Source of the DNA: Sarea resinae
Taxonomy: Eukaryota
Assembly: GCA_026026165.1 (NCBI GenBank)
Contig: JAPEUD010000028.1
Span: forward strand, 186,001-250,000
Direction: 5' to 3'
DNA: 64,000 nucleotides
This document shows, in pieces, positions 39,227-50,710 of this stretch. The notes beneath the pieces are model-generated. The model did not search any database. It saw only the letters and a list, made by a program, of their open reading frames with translations, and was not told where the DNA came from. Numbering within the stretch: the stretch's first letter is position 1; every line of letters begins with the position of its first letter. The translations under genes were made by a program, and so were the position numbers.

Positions 39227-39250
39227 CTATCAGATCCATCTATCTGATAG
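39227..39250. promoter_or_regulatory. Inverted pair of extended GATA sites CTATCAGAT-N6-ATCTGATAG (SreA/Sre1-like)
   Basis: Perfect 9-bp inverted repeat. Each arm differs by one base from ATCWGATAA and fits HGATAR. Lies ~0.9 kb upstream of the oxidase ATG. Confidence 0.4.
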
Positions 39251-39431
39251 TTGACAATTCGAGCATTTTCGGTATGTCTCGTGGATCGCCTCAAGAATAT
39301 GAAAATACAGAGCGCCTTTTTTGTTGAACGAGAACAGAATGCACAGTACAGTTATACAGACTTGTATTGAACAAGCAGTGTGTCCTAATGTAATATCAGC
39401 TATAGTAAATTAAGTATTAGATCTCCTCTTT

Positions 39432-39452
39432 TCTCTCTCTCTCTCTCTCTCT
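39432..39452. repeat. (CT)n microsatellite
   Basis: Direct reading of the sequence. Confidence 0.85.
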
Positions 39453-40147
39453 TTCTTACCACAAACGACTGATTGTCCTAGTTTCTACATTTAGAAGTTT
39501 CGGGGTTCATCCATTATCTTATCTAATCGCGGATCACATCTGGTAAGCCAGCAATGCACTGCACGCCGGTAGGCCCGGCCCGGTCTTAAGGCATTGCGGG
39601 CCTACTACGTATTTACATCCATGGCATCTCAATGTGCCTCGGACTCATGAGATCCATAAATGGAGAGCCGAGAGCTCGATAAGCGCACAAACGACCAGGT
39701 CATCGACATCGGTACGCAGGGATGCGGTGGTATGCCGAAATCCTCATCAACCCATCGGATGTCGATCGACAGTGATCGGCATCAACTTCCCAATCAGAAC
39801 TTTTTTCTCTATCGGAATACGAAGCCAAGCCGGCAATCTACATTCCGATCGGCACTTTTCCCATCTCGAACCGGTGGATCCTGCTCGATGATCTCAGAGA
39901 CCGCAAAGGACCTTCTGCGTTACAAATACACTTCATTCTATCACTATATGATCTTCGCTCTATCGTGTCTGCTAAGTGCATCTCGTGAATCGCAACCTAT
40001 GGGCGTTGCGGAGTGACGTGCAGCGAACATGATCGGTCCCGAGCGTAGATGTCGGCAACTTGAGGTCTGGTCGATGCAATGCCTCAAAAGGCCACGAGAA
40101 TCGGCTTTGGATAGAGGAACGGTATGTTCCAGCGCAACTCTTTCACC

Positions 40148-42066
40148 ATGTGCAATTTCTCGTTTTTTGTGGTCAATTCCGTTGCGCTCCTGCTGCTGTT
40201 GCTGCCATTCGCATGTGCAGACAGCTCAATACACGTCCATGACGAATCCTTCGTGCCTGACTTTGTGCTTACAGTGACCGCCACGAACTACAGCCAGGCC
40301 TGCTTTCATCGCTACTCGACGATTGTCAATGGCTCCTCACCGGGGCCTGAGCTTCGATTGCAAGAGGGAAGGACATCATGGATTCGTGTTTACAACGACA
40401 TGGACACGCTGAACCTTACCATGGTATGCCCTCTATCAACTTCTCAACCCACGCATTGACGCCTGGCACAGCACTGGCATGGCCTCACCATGAACGTCGC
40501 TCCCTTCTCGGACGGTTCTCCTGCTGCGAGTCAATGGCCAATACCACCCCATCACTTCTTCGATTACGAGGTCCACCCCCAACCAGGGTACGCAGGCACG
40601 TACTTCTATCACTCCCACGTCGGATTCCAATCCGTCACGGCCTCTGGCCCTCTTATCGTCGACGAAGCGCCTAATACCACCGTTCCCTACAACTATGATG
40701 AGGAGCGCACCCTCTATCTTCAGGACTTTTACCCCAAGACCGATGAGCAAATCGAGACGGGCGTCACCTCGGCCAACTTCTCCGGCAGCGGGGATACGAA
40801 AACCTTACTGGTCAATGGCCAGAGCAGAGTAGCAACCAACGCAACGGGAACATGCCGTCTTGCTTCCATCAACGTCGAGCCAGACAAGGTTTACCGTTTA
40901 CGCCTTATCGGCGCGATGGCAATTTCCTTTCTCTCCCTCGCACTACAAGATCACGAATTCGCCATCATTGCGGCAGACGGCAAATACACGCAACCGCAGA
41001 ACACTACTTTCCTGCAGATCGCGCCGGGGCAGCGCTTTGACGTGCTCTTGCACACGAAGTCTCTGCAGGAGCTAAACGGGACCGAGAACTACTTTTTCCA
41101 ACTCACGTCTCTCGATACCTCAGAGCCCTTCTTTGCCGTGCTATCCTACTCTAAAACAACGAGCCCCACTACGCTGACAACCGTCCCATCCAATCCGCCC
41201 CTTCCAATTCCCTCAACGGTGAATTCCTGGCTTGACTATACTCTCGCTCCCCTGCATCCCGACCCCTCCTTCCCCTCTCTGACATCCGTAACCCGACGCA
41301 TCACTCTCCGCTTTCACACCCTCATCACCCAAACATCCGACACGCCCCATCGAGAAACCTACCTCGACGGCACCACCGCAACCAATGGCGTGCCCTGGAC
41401 CGCTTCCTTCCCTTCTACCCCTTACCTGGTATCCATCTACGAAAATACCTACTCCCCTGAAGCCGCCTCTGCCCGGTCCCTGTCAGTCAACAACTCTGGC
41501 CTGGACCCTGTCACGCGTACCTTTCCCGCCCAGCGATCCGAGGTCCTCGAAATCGTGCTCCAGAACGAAGGAGCGACCGACGGAAGCCTCGATGTGCACC
41601 CTTTCCACGCACACGGGGGGCACTACTTCGATCTCGGTTCCGGCCGGGGGACTTACAATGCGACCGCCAACGAAGAAAGGTTGAGACAAGCGGGGACGGT
41701 TCCTGCGAAAAGGGATACGACCATCGTGTACGCGGATTCCGCCGGAAACGGAACCGATGCAACAACCCCAGGGGCGCCTGACGGTGGCTGGCGAGCTTGG
41801 AGGTTGCGGGTTGATGATGTCGGCGTGTGGATGGTGCATTGTCACAATCTACAGCATATGCTTATGGGTAATGACCTTTCCTCATTCCCGTTTCAGCTCG
41901 CTAATTGCAGTTCGCATTAGGTATGCAAACTGTCTGGGTCATGGGCGACCGCAACGACATCCTGGCGCAGTCTGCACCTCTGTATTCGGAAGGATATTTG
42001 ACGTACGGTGGATCGGCTTACGGAAACAGCACCTGGGCGCCGAGATGCGTTCATTATTTTGATTGA
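40148..42066 (+). CDS. Secreted multicopper oxidase, fungal ascorbate-oxidase-like
   Basis: Signal peptide; copper motifs HWHG, YFYHSH, HPFHAHG and HCHNLQHMLMGM. C-terminus GYLTYGGSAYGN...HYFD has no TM anchor. Two introns; alternative ATG at 40124. Confidence 0.93.
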
Positions 42067-42679
42067 CAGGAATATGGGTGGAAGTATCGAGCGAGAGCGA
42101 CACCGACAAGAGAGACATAGGAAGAACACATGTGTTGCCATTAGAAGAGGTCAAAGAGCTCTGGCTTTGCCAAGCCGGTAATAATCAATCCAAAGCCAGC
42201 CGCAGATCTATCCGAGGTGATTTCTCTTGCTCAACCTGGCCCAGCCGACCAAACGTTGTATGCCTGATTCTTTGACAACCTAGAACACAGGTAAGGTTAC
42301 TGTCTGAGGCTCTGCGTAGTCTAGGCTGCTATGTATTAGGACTACGTGCTTGTATGTAAGTAGGAGAAGAAGGAGCTAAGCTATAGAGGCAGATAATATA
42401 CAATATAGAGTAGCTAGTATAAAGTTCAGCGTGAATGGCATGAGGGAGGAGACTGCGTATTGGACGAGGTTTCTGAGATCTGCTCGCCCTAAAGCTGTGC
42501 GGCCGTCGACTCACGTGGCGAGCGCGTTGCCCTTTGGGCTGTACTATGAAAGGCAATGGACACCATTGAGCGATTGAAGATTTGGTTCTGTCATTGTCCT
42601 CTGAAGACGATCCGAGATATGTCCATGATATCAAACAACACGATGTCTAGTCTATATAACACAGCATAACAATAAGATA

Positions 42680-43637
42680 CTACGTCTTCAAAGATTGGCG
42701 GTCATGCTTTGAATCGATGGCTCGCACAATACCATAGCTGGCGCCCGCAGCAGCACCGCCTACGAGGAGAGTCTGCAGAGCTCCAAGGATGGCTTGCGTT
42801 TGAGATGCCACCGCATATCGACTCTTGCAATATCCGAAAAGGAGCAGGATGACGACGGTGATACCAATGGAGGATAGTAAAGCGGTGTTGACGGTGGTGT
42901 TCGCAAAGTATGGCAACATGGGAATCAGGCCGCCTGTTGTGATTAGCCAAATTTCTCAGATGATGCTGTCCTCCCTCACCGAAAAAGTATGCCATTCCCA
43001 TGGTCAAGGCAGAAATCCAGGCACGCGCCGCTTGCGGTTTCTCCAGCTTCAGCTCGAAATCCATGATAAACTGCTCATCATGTCAGCCAGAGTCGTCGCC
43101 GTATGGACATTCGGGATTCTCCACCTGAACCCATACGTCCCGATCCTTCTCCAAGGCATTCAACATGGACTGGGTCGCTTCTCGGTCGACGCCGTATTGA
43201 TCCATGACGTCGTGGACCACCTCACGCTCCTGCTCGGGCGCATTGAGCACCTCCTCCATGACCCTCTTCCTCTCGGAATTGTAGTGTTCGACTTCCGTCG
43301 CTGCGGCCAGGTACGCTCCCAGCCCCATCGAGATGGAACCGCTGAATATTTCCGCCAGCCCACCGATGATGACCAGCTTCGACGAGCCAAGACTGCGATG
43401 GGCACCTTTCGTCAGCACCTGAGATCAGTAGGAAGTGATTGCAACTTACGACGATAGACCGGCCGTCAAAGCAAAGGGAACCGTCAGTCCGTCGGAGAAG
43501 CCAATGATGACATCTCGAAGGATTTCGCCATGATTCGTTGATCTTTCCCCAGATCTGCTCGCCGATTCCAGTAAAGCCGTCTGCTCCGACGTTCCGTTCG
43601 CGTCCCGCCGTTGCTCATCCGGCGACCCCCAAGCCAT
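42680..43637 (-). CDS. CCC1: Vacuolar iron/manganese transporter, CCC1/VIT1 family
   Basis: LRDVIIGFSDGLTVPFALTAGLS|SLGSSKLVIIGGLAEIFSGSISMGLGAYL; acidic cytosolic region; GLIPMLPY. Three introns. Confidence 0.93.
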
Positions 43638-43794
43638 GATATAATCGCAAGGAGTTTTGAATCGTCTCATCCTGTTGAAGCAATTGCAAGGCAATTGTGC
43701 ACGATACGCAAGTGAAGATTGAGAGCGCCATATTTGCAGAGTATGACGTTGACACCCATGAGGCTTTGGTCGATCCCAATGCCTAGAACCATGG

Positions 43795-43818
43795 ATGACC
43801 AATAATAATGGGGTCATT
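43795..43818. promoter_or_regulatory. Candidate CBC/HapX bipartite site CCAAT-N12-ATT overlapping an ATGACC-N11-GGTCAT palindrome
   Basis: CCAAT at 43799-43803 and ATT at 43816-43818 fit CSAAT-N12-RWT. A second CCAAT lies at 43776. About 160-180 bp upstream of the CCC1 ATG. Confidence 0.45.
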
Positions 43819-46800
43819 TCCAACGCGCCTATCTACTACCAAGTCTTATCTCCATTTTATCTCCAGCGCGTACCTTGCCTTGGAGATAAGCGACGAAGCA
43901 GAAGATCGCGCCGTCCGGCTTGTGCCGCCACGCTTCGTCCTGTATGTCTTGGAGTCCCCTGCTCTCCTCACTACCTTACCTGTTACCTTAATACAACCTC
44001 CTGACGACTCCCGCCCGTCTCGATTGACCGTCTCCACTGCATTTCGTGCTCAGCGATCAAGTGCTGCTGTATTTACTTGAAATCGACGAACCCCAGGATC
44101 TCGGGTTGGCCAACGTGAGAAAAGACAGCGTGTAGGAACCGATCTAATTAGGAATGACATCAACACCACTAACCCAAGGCCCCGATTTGTTGAAAGTTCA
44201 TCCTCACTGACAGACATGACGTTTCCGAGCTCGAGGACGCATTCACTTGGTTTGCCCCTCAATTAAAAAGTACTGGCCAAGGAGAGGACGCACGAAAGAG
44301 AATCATTCGGTAGCGGAGGCCAGGAACAAAGTAGGGCTCATCTGGGGGGAGCAGGGAATGGGCTGGATATCCGGAAAATGTCAGATGCTGTTTTGGTCTA
44401 TCTATCTAACTCTCGCGCAGCACCGGCCCGGGACCTCGTCATTGGGCCCCCCTTTGGCCCACCCCTCTTCATCTTCTTTTCCTCGTCTCTGTCGTTCCGC
44501 CCATTGCCTCGAGTGGTACGCTTACTTTTTCTCTTGGTCCTCTCCTCTACTAGCTGGTAAGCCAACATGGGAAACCGCCAAGTGGGAGGGGCGGTGGCGG
44601 GGTGGCGGCGGCGGCGGCGGCGGTTTTCCTGATGGGGAGGGTCTTCATCTTCGTCATCGTCTTCGTCGTTCTCTTCGTCTTCTTCTTCGTGATCGCCGTG
44701 TTATTCGTCGTCTTCGTGATCGTCGTCATCGCCTTTGGGCCCAACCCGGCCTTCGTCAGACGCCCCTCCAACGAATTGTTAGCTTCTGCCGATATGACTT
44801 TGTGCATGCTCATGTCGAGCTTTACCTTCTGCTGGCTTTGGGAGCCAGACGATGGGCCTTACGGCCGCCATAGAGACTATTAGAGTTGGGGGCAATTGAA
44901 ACAATGCGTGCGCTCGTACGTAACAAGTGGTCGACGATCCAACACCAGTCTTCAGTTGACATGGGATCGAGGACAGAGTTTGGAAAGTACATTTTGATCA
45001 AGTCCTTAATTTGATTTGTATAATGATATTTTCGGACTATTACTAGCTGCGTCTAACTATACGTCTCTAAATAGATAAAGTACTTAGAATTCCGGTTCCC
45101 TCACACCTAATTCAACCAACCTTTCTACGACCCAGCCACACACGCCTACTTATCTCGCCGTCGTTTTGCTTCCAGTCATTCTATGAAAGTTAAGTTGGGC
45201 TTTCTTTTCGACGCGGAGTCTCTTTGCAGTCTTGGTTCGCCGTCTCAAACGTGCTGAGTTGGTCTGCCTCTATGCAGTCTGGACTCGTTGTTCCTGACAA
45301 GGGAAGTGAGATTCGTCTCTTTACGGTCTAGTGCTCGATCCCTGTATAAACTATCAAACTATGCTCTTCCGCCGCCGTCATAGAGCTCTGTGTTTATGTT
45401 GCTCGCTTGATTTGCCGTAAGTGCTGTGGTTGTGTTTGACTGTGCATGCATTGTGTACTATGCTTTTCGTTCTCGTGCTATGGATATGATCGCGCCTTCG
45501 ATGAACAAGATATCATAAAATTAGATAGTTTGGGAACAGGAGCTGGTTTTGTTGAGTTCTTATATGTGGGCCAGGGTGGTCGAAAGGATACTAGGGCCGG
45601 ACAGGAATGAGGAGACTCGGAGGTGAATGGCAGGTGAATGGGCTATGGGGCTATGAAGGTCGGCGTGCTAGCAGGCTTCGGAAAGGAAAGGACAAATTCA
45701 CCACACGGAGACGAGGAGCCTAGTAAGTTCAGCCTTTGCTGCAAAAGCCAAAGTCTTTCATCAATTGTGCAATGGGAGTCCGAATCACATGGCTAAAGCA
45801 AAACGTTGAGCGCTGGAGATAGTACGTTAACTATTGTCGGAAAACAATATGTAGACGAATTACAAGCAAGTCTCAAGGCGGCGCTACCCTTTGGCATCGC
45901 CATCTTGTAACATTCTTCTCCCCACGTTGTCACCGATGACGCGGCCGAAGAAACGGTTGCTCCAGACCTCGCTGAACGCAAACGCAAACCGGAAGTCCAC
46001 TACCGCTAAATTGGACTTCGAATTGACCCCATTACAACGGGCCTCGTTCGAGGACTTGCAAAAGGCGATAGCAGCTGCAATACCCCATTTCAAGATCAGG
46101 AGACCGGTATAGCTATTCGTCGACACCTCTAAAGAATGGTCCGACAACTATTGACCTTTTGACGCAGAAATCCAGTCCAGTGTCTCCTCACAGGGATAGA
46201 TTTCCTCAAGAAGTCTGATCCTGTTTTACTCGGTCGGTGAATCTACCCTGTGATCCATTCGGCGTCTTGAGTTGTTACAGGCAGATGGGTTTGCCCAATA
46301 GATATATTGATTAGAGGTAAGAATCTGTCACATGGTCCTAGGAACGTCCTCGCCATTTACGCTGACCATCTGTAGCAGATTGTCTTTCCTATATTCTTAG
46401 GTATATCTCATTGCTTTATGCGCCGTCGTGGGCCCAAGGTTCGAAGTTTCTCGGATTAACCCAATCTGTTCCTATGCGTTCATGCACTACTCGCCTGCAA
46501 TAGTAGAACGCCCTTTTCAGTATAGAAGCTAAAAGGGACCGCCGCGTTTGCCGATCTACAAGCCACAATCGCCGATTATGCTAAAGGCTAGCGCCGAGCC
46601 GACCGCCTGAAAACCTTTCTAGAACCAAATGCAGAGCAACATGTGGCGGAAGAAGAAGAGTGGTGTGAGAAGGAGATAGAGCGACTCTGTAGGCGAACGA
46701 AAAAGACAGCGACAAACACAGACAGGAACCTGTACAAGGGGTTGAGAGACTGTCGGAATACAATATGTAGACGAATTACAAGCAAGTCCTTGAGGGGGGG

Positions 46801-47299
46801 CTACCCTTTTGGCTTGTTGTCCGACACAGACTCGGGGATTATTAGATACGAACTAAAACTCTGTATAGAGCTAGAGAGTATGATTGCTCAACGTGCCTCG
46901 AAAGTGTGGCATAGAGCTGTGGATTAGCCAAAGGGCGAAGTTGCTGATGAAGCCGATCCCAGGGCTATATTCCCAGATGGCGGCGGCGAGTCAGCATGGC
47001 TCCTAAGGAACTCTCAACTTCAACTAGGCAGCTCACGCCATTGACCCAGCAGTCACGACCAAGCGAGAGGGTGGATAAAGAGATGAACGCGATGATAATC
47101 TTTCACTAATTGCACCGATTTCATGGACTGAGTAGGGGAAGTCAGAGCATATAGATATTAGAAGAGAAAGAGCAATGGTGTAGTGGACCGGCCAAATCGG
47201 ATTCGACTTCCCGGCGGGGGCTGAGGGCAAAGACCCTGATACAGATTGATAGAGGTCCACTGCTTCTCCGTCGACAGAACTTGCCGATGCTAGAAAAAC

Positions 47300-49180
47300 A
47301 GAAAGTGTGACGTTGGAGAGATGGCGAGTCTACTGGTTCGATGTTCCGACTGGTATCGCGCGAGCTTCACTCTCAGCCCCAAGCAGTTCCAGAAGTCGAT
47401 GCTATCTAGGAGCTTCTGTCTTCTTATTGATTGTCGATCATCCTTCGCAATTCCCATTCATCATCCTTTGTACCTACCATGGCAGCAGGAAGGGGAACGA
47501 AGCGACAGCCCAATGGGCAAGTCCAATCAAGTGGCACTACTACCAGGACTGTCGTTAAAAACACGCTGTTCCTAGCACGGCTGCAAGCACGCATCACGGC
47601 GACGCCAATTATTGTTGTCGCTAAACCCAGCCAGAAGAGGGCCGCCATCCGGGCGCTTTAGTATTGTCTAATGTCAGACTATACATCGCACTTCGTCAGT
47701 TCTACGATTTTTGTTTTCACAGACGCTAGTTGCTTGCAGTCAGTGTCGAGACTTCTAACGATGGCGCCACCATTCGCATCAGGAGAGCTAAGAGTCACAG
47801 CAAAGATGCGTCGGGCATGATCCTGGAGGTCCTTAACGTTCAATTCCCGTCCCCCGACCACGACATTGGCATAGAATGTTTCGTGAAGCCAGGGCGTTCG
47901 AGATCTGGATGACAGCTCCCGAAGGCAAGAGGAACGATCCTTCGATAAGTCCCAACCGTGCCGGTCATTTGTCAAATACTGACTTCTCGACAGGTCCCAT
48001 CGCAAGTCTGGGCCCTGAAACTGACAGCACATAACGACTGTCACGCGGTGGTTTCGAACGCGCTCTGGATGCGTCTCAAGGACCTTTTCCGATCAATGAC
48101 CTTGTCAGAGCTCGAATACGTCAACTTCGCCCGCCCTGGCGTCCCAAAAAATCCCGTTCAAGGCCGCTACGCTCTTCGAAGCCAGAATGAGGCCGTCGAA
48201 GCCCTGGATCGTCCGCCATTCACGATCGACCTTCCAAATCTCGGGGAGAAATGGCAATTCATGGGGGCCTTAGCGGATAACCCTAACCCTAAAGCTAGGG
48301 CGCTTACAGCGCTAAGAATATTAAGGCTGAGAGAGCAACTTAGAACTATGTAGGATTTAGGCACGCATCTATGATTTATATCTTGCTACACTACTTGCAA
48401 AGAACGTCTAGGCCTTGCAACAGCCTAATAAGGACATTAGCGACGGTGGAGAACGTTCCCTTGGAATTATGAAAAGCAGGGTAACTATCAGGCTTCCAGG
48501 CATTGTGCGGCGTTCGCAGATTTGTGGTGCACTCGGGTCATTTACCTTAGAAGCACTCCGTCATCATCTTCTAACCCGACAATCTTCAGGGCTCCTTAAG
48601 TCGTTTACTGCAAGTTCACCAAGTCGACAGCAATGGAACGAGTTCGTGAGCAGCACCATGCGGGTCCGGGATATTGGGGCTCTGGGGAAGACGACGGATC
48701 TGACGGCGAAGAGGAACGAAAGCGCGAGTCAGTCCGAGGTCATTACGTTGACGATGAAGACGACCTCGAGGACGACGACGATGGCGAAATGCACGATGAT
48801 ATCGAGATACATGATCATGAGCATGCTCGACATGGTCAATCGTCAAAGACACGTTCCCACGGCATTTCTGGTTCACATGTCCCGACTCGGCCTCCGACTC
48901 CACATCCCGTTGCAACTCGCGGAAAGCAAACCAGAAGAAGGAAATCTCCTACTCCGGATCTTTTCGATTGCTAACATGGCCCAGAGAATCGGGGACGTGA
49001 TAGATTGATCCCGCAAGAGGAGCATGAGGCGCGGAAAGATACACTCCGAAAGGCGCACCGAGAATGACGAACCAAAAGAAACTACGCGAGGAGAAGAGCA
49101 AAGCCAGCAGACGAGACTGAAATTTCTGGCGATCCCGCCTCGACACCTTCCACGTCGGGTGTTACAGCATTCGTGAGATT
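47300..49180 (+). pseudogene. Degenerate coding remnant of unknown family
   Basis: Protein-like frames (DLFRSMTLSELEYVNFARPG..., acidic/His-rich DDEDDLEDDDDGEMHDD) are broken by stops and by a local TpA-rich patch at ~48270-48440. Confidence 0.4.
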
Positions 49181-49235
49181 TCGCCCTCGCCAACCCTTGT
49201 GGACTACGACCGGTGACCGACTGAAGCATTCCAGT

Positions 49236-49574
49236 CAGTGCTGCCAACAGTCCATCGGTCCATTGGTCCAAACAGTCCGAACGGTCCAGTCCATGCAGTC
49301 CATCGGTCTAGTCCAGAGGTTGTAGGTGGACCGTTTGGACTGCATGGACCGATGAAATTTTAGCAAAAAAAGGGGTAGAAGGGGGGGTGGGGGGTGAAGA
49401 GAGGGGGGAGCAACCTAATACCCTTGATTCTAGAAGACATTCTGCCGCCAAAATGCCTAATTAGGCGGTACATACCCAGTACATACCTACACCGCCCCAC
49501 GTACCTAAGCGGATCGGTCTAATCGGTCCAGTCCAGACCCTTGGACCGGACCATTTGGACCGTTGGCAGCACTG
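49236..49574. mobile_element. 339-bp non-autonomous TIR element (MITE, hAT-like ends)
   Basis: Terminal inverted repeats CAGTGCTGCCAAC(A/G)GTCCA (13 bp perfect, 18/19 overall). Subterminal arrays of GGTCC/GTCCA in both orientations. No ORF and no perfect TSD. Confidence 0.75.
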
Positions 49575-50710
49575 AAATTTCCAGTAAGCTGAAGCTTGCC
49601 ACCCTGATTGCTCGTGCTGACCAACTTTTCCAGTCATTGTTCATCGCCATACTCACATGCGGTCTGTGCAGGGGCGTCACGCGAACCTTTGACGGACTAA
49701 GGTATGAAAATCCGTAGTCTAGCCCGGGAACGGATCCGAGTTGTTCGGTGGACAAGCTTTCGCGGAGCAAACCTTCTCGGATGAGCCAGCACTTGCAGCC
49801 TTGCCAAAAGGATGGCGGACTATCCGGACCGATGGCGGCCGTTGGGGAACAGCGGATTTAGGATTCGGCGAAGCGTCATTTCCTAATTTATGTTTTGGAA
49901 AGCCAGTAAATGTATACTCGGCAATCCTCATGGCAAACGCTCTGAAGCTGACTTCAGAGAGGTCTTCCGAAGTCTATTGACTTACATTCACTCACTAACC
50001 CAGAGCCTACTGCACATCTGCTGCACATCGACTTCACTAGCTATCGGACGCGGCACCAAGCATAGTTTGTGCACCATACATTCGCTTATCAGCGCTGAGG
50101 ACCTGCCCTGCATCTTCTTGCCTTCAGATCGCCAAGTTCAGATCATCTTCTCTTCTTTTCATCAGATCATCACCTCGCCACCACTCCGTCTATCGTCATT
50201 CTCATCAACTTTCATCATTTCAGATGGATCTCGATCGCTACAGCAGTGAGATGTCACAATACATATGGCTTCACTTGCTGGTCATCAGTCATCTTTCGAA
50301 TTTCAGCACATGAGCAGCGATAGCAACGAGGACCTGCCCGAAAGAGACGAAATGGCGGCGACAACACAAGCAAGAAATGTGATCACATATGGAGCTATCA
50401 TCGAAGTCATGAAGACCGATCCCGAAGCAAAGCGAGCCGTTTTTGCAACAATCGGAAGAGATGCCAGAATCATTCGTACGCCTCGGAGCTGTCGCGGCTC
50501 GTACGACCCAAAGTGATGTATCAGTGGAAGGATATGTGAAGAATCAGGGAGCGGTCATTACGCGCAGCAAAGTCCAGTACAGACCACTGCCGATCCCATC
50601 TCAGACGAAGAGTTTGCAGATAACGTGGATTGGGATGATCTCGTGCATATTCTTGAAAAAAGCGACCGAGCCGCTTCGCCCCCAAAGCAAATGCAGTCAG
50701 TTTTTCAACC

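Noticed and set aside
40148..42066. Calling the oxidase FET3
   Set aside because: No C-terminal TM helix, no adjacent FTR1, and the C-terminus is of the ascorbate-oxidase-like type.
48278..48292. TAACCCTAACCCTAA as an interstitial telomere
   Set aside because: Only 2.5 units, inside a TpA-enriched patch where mutation readily creates CCCTAA.
50265..50710. Small plus-strand gene converging on the DUF1989 gene
   Set aside because: Protein-like segments fall in different frames without convincing splice sites; possibly a remnant but not supportable.
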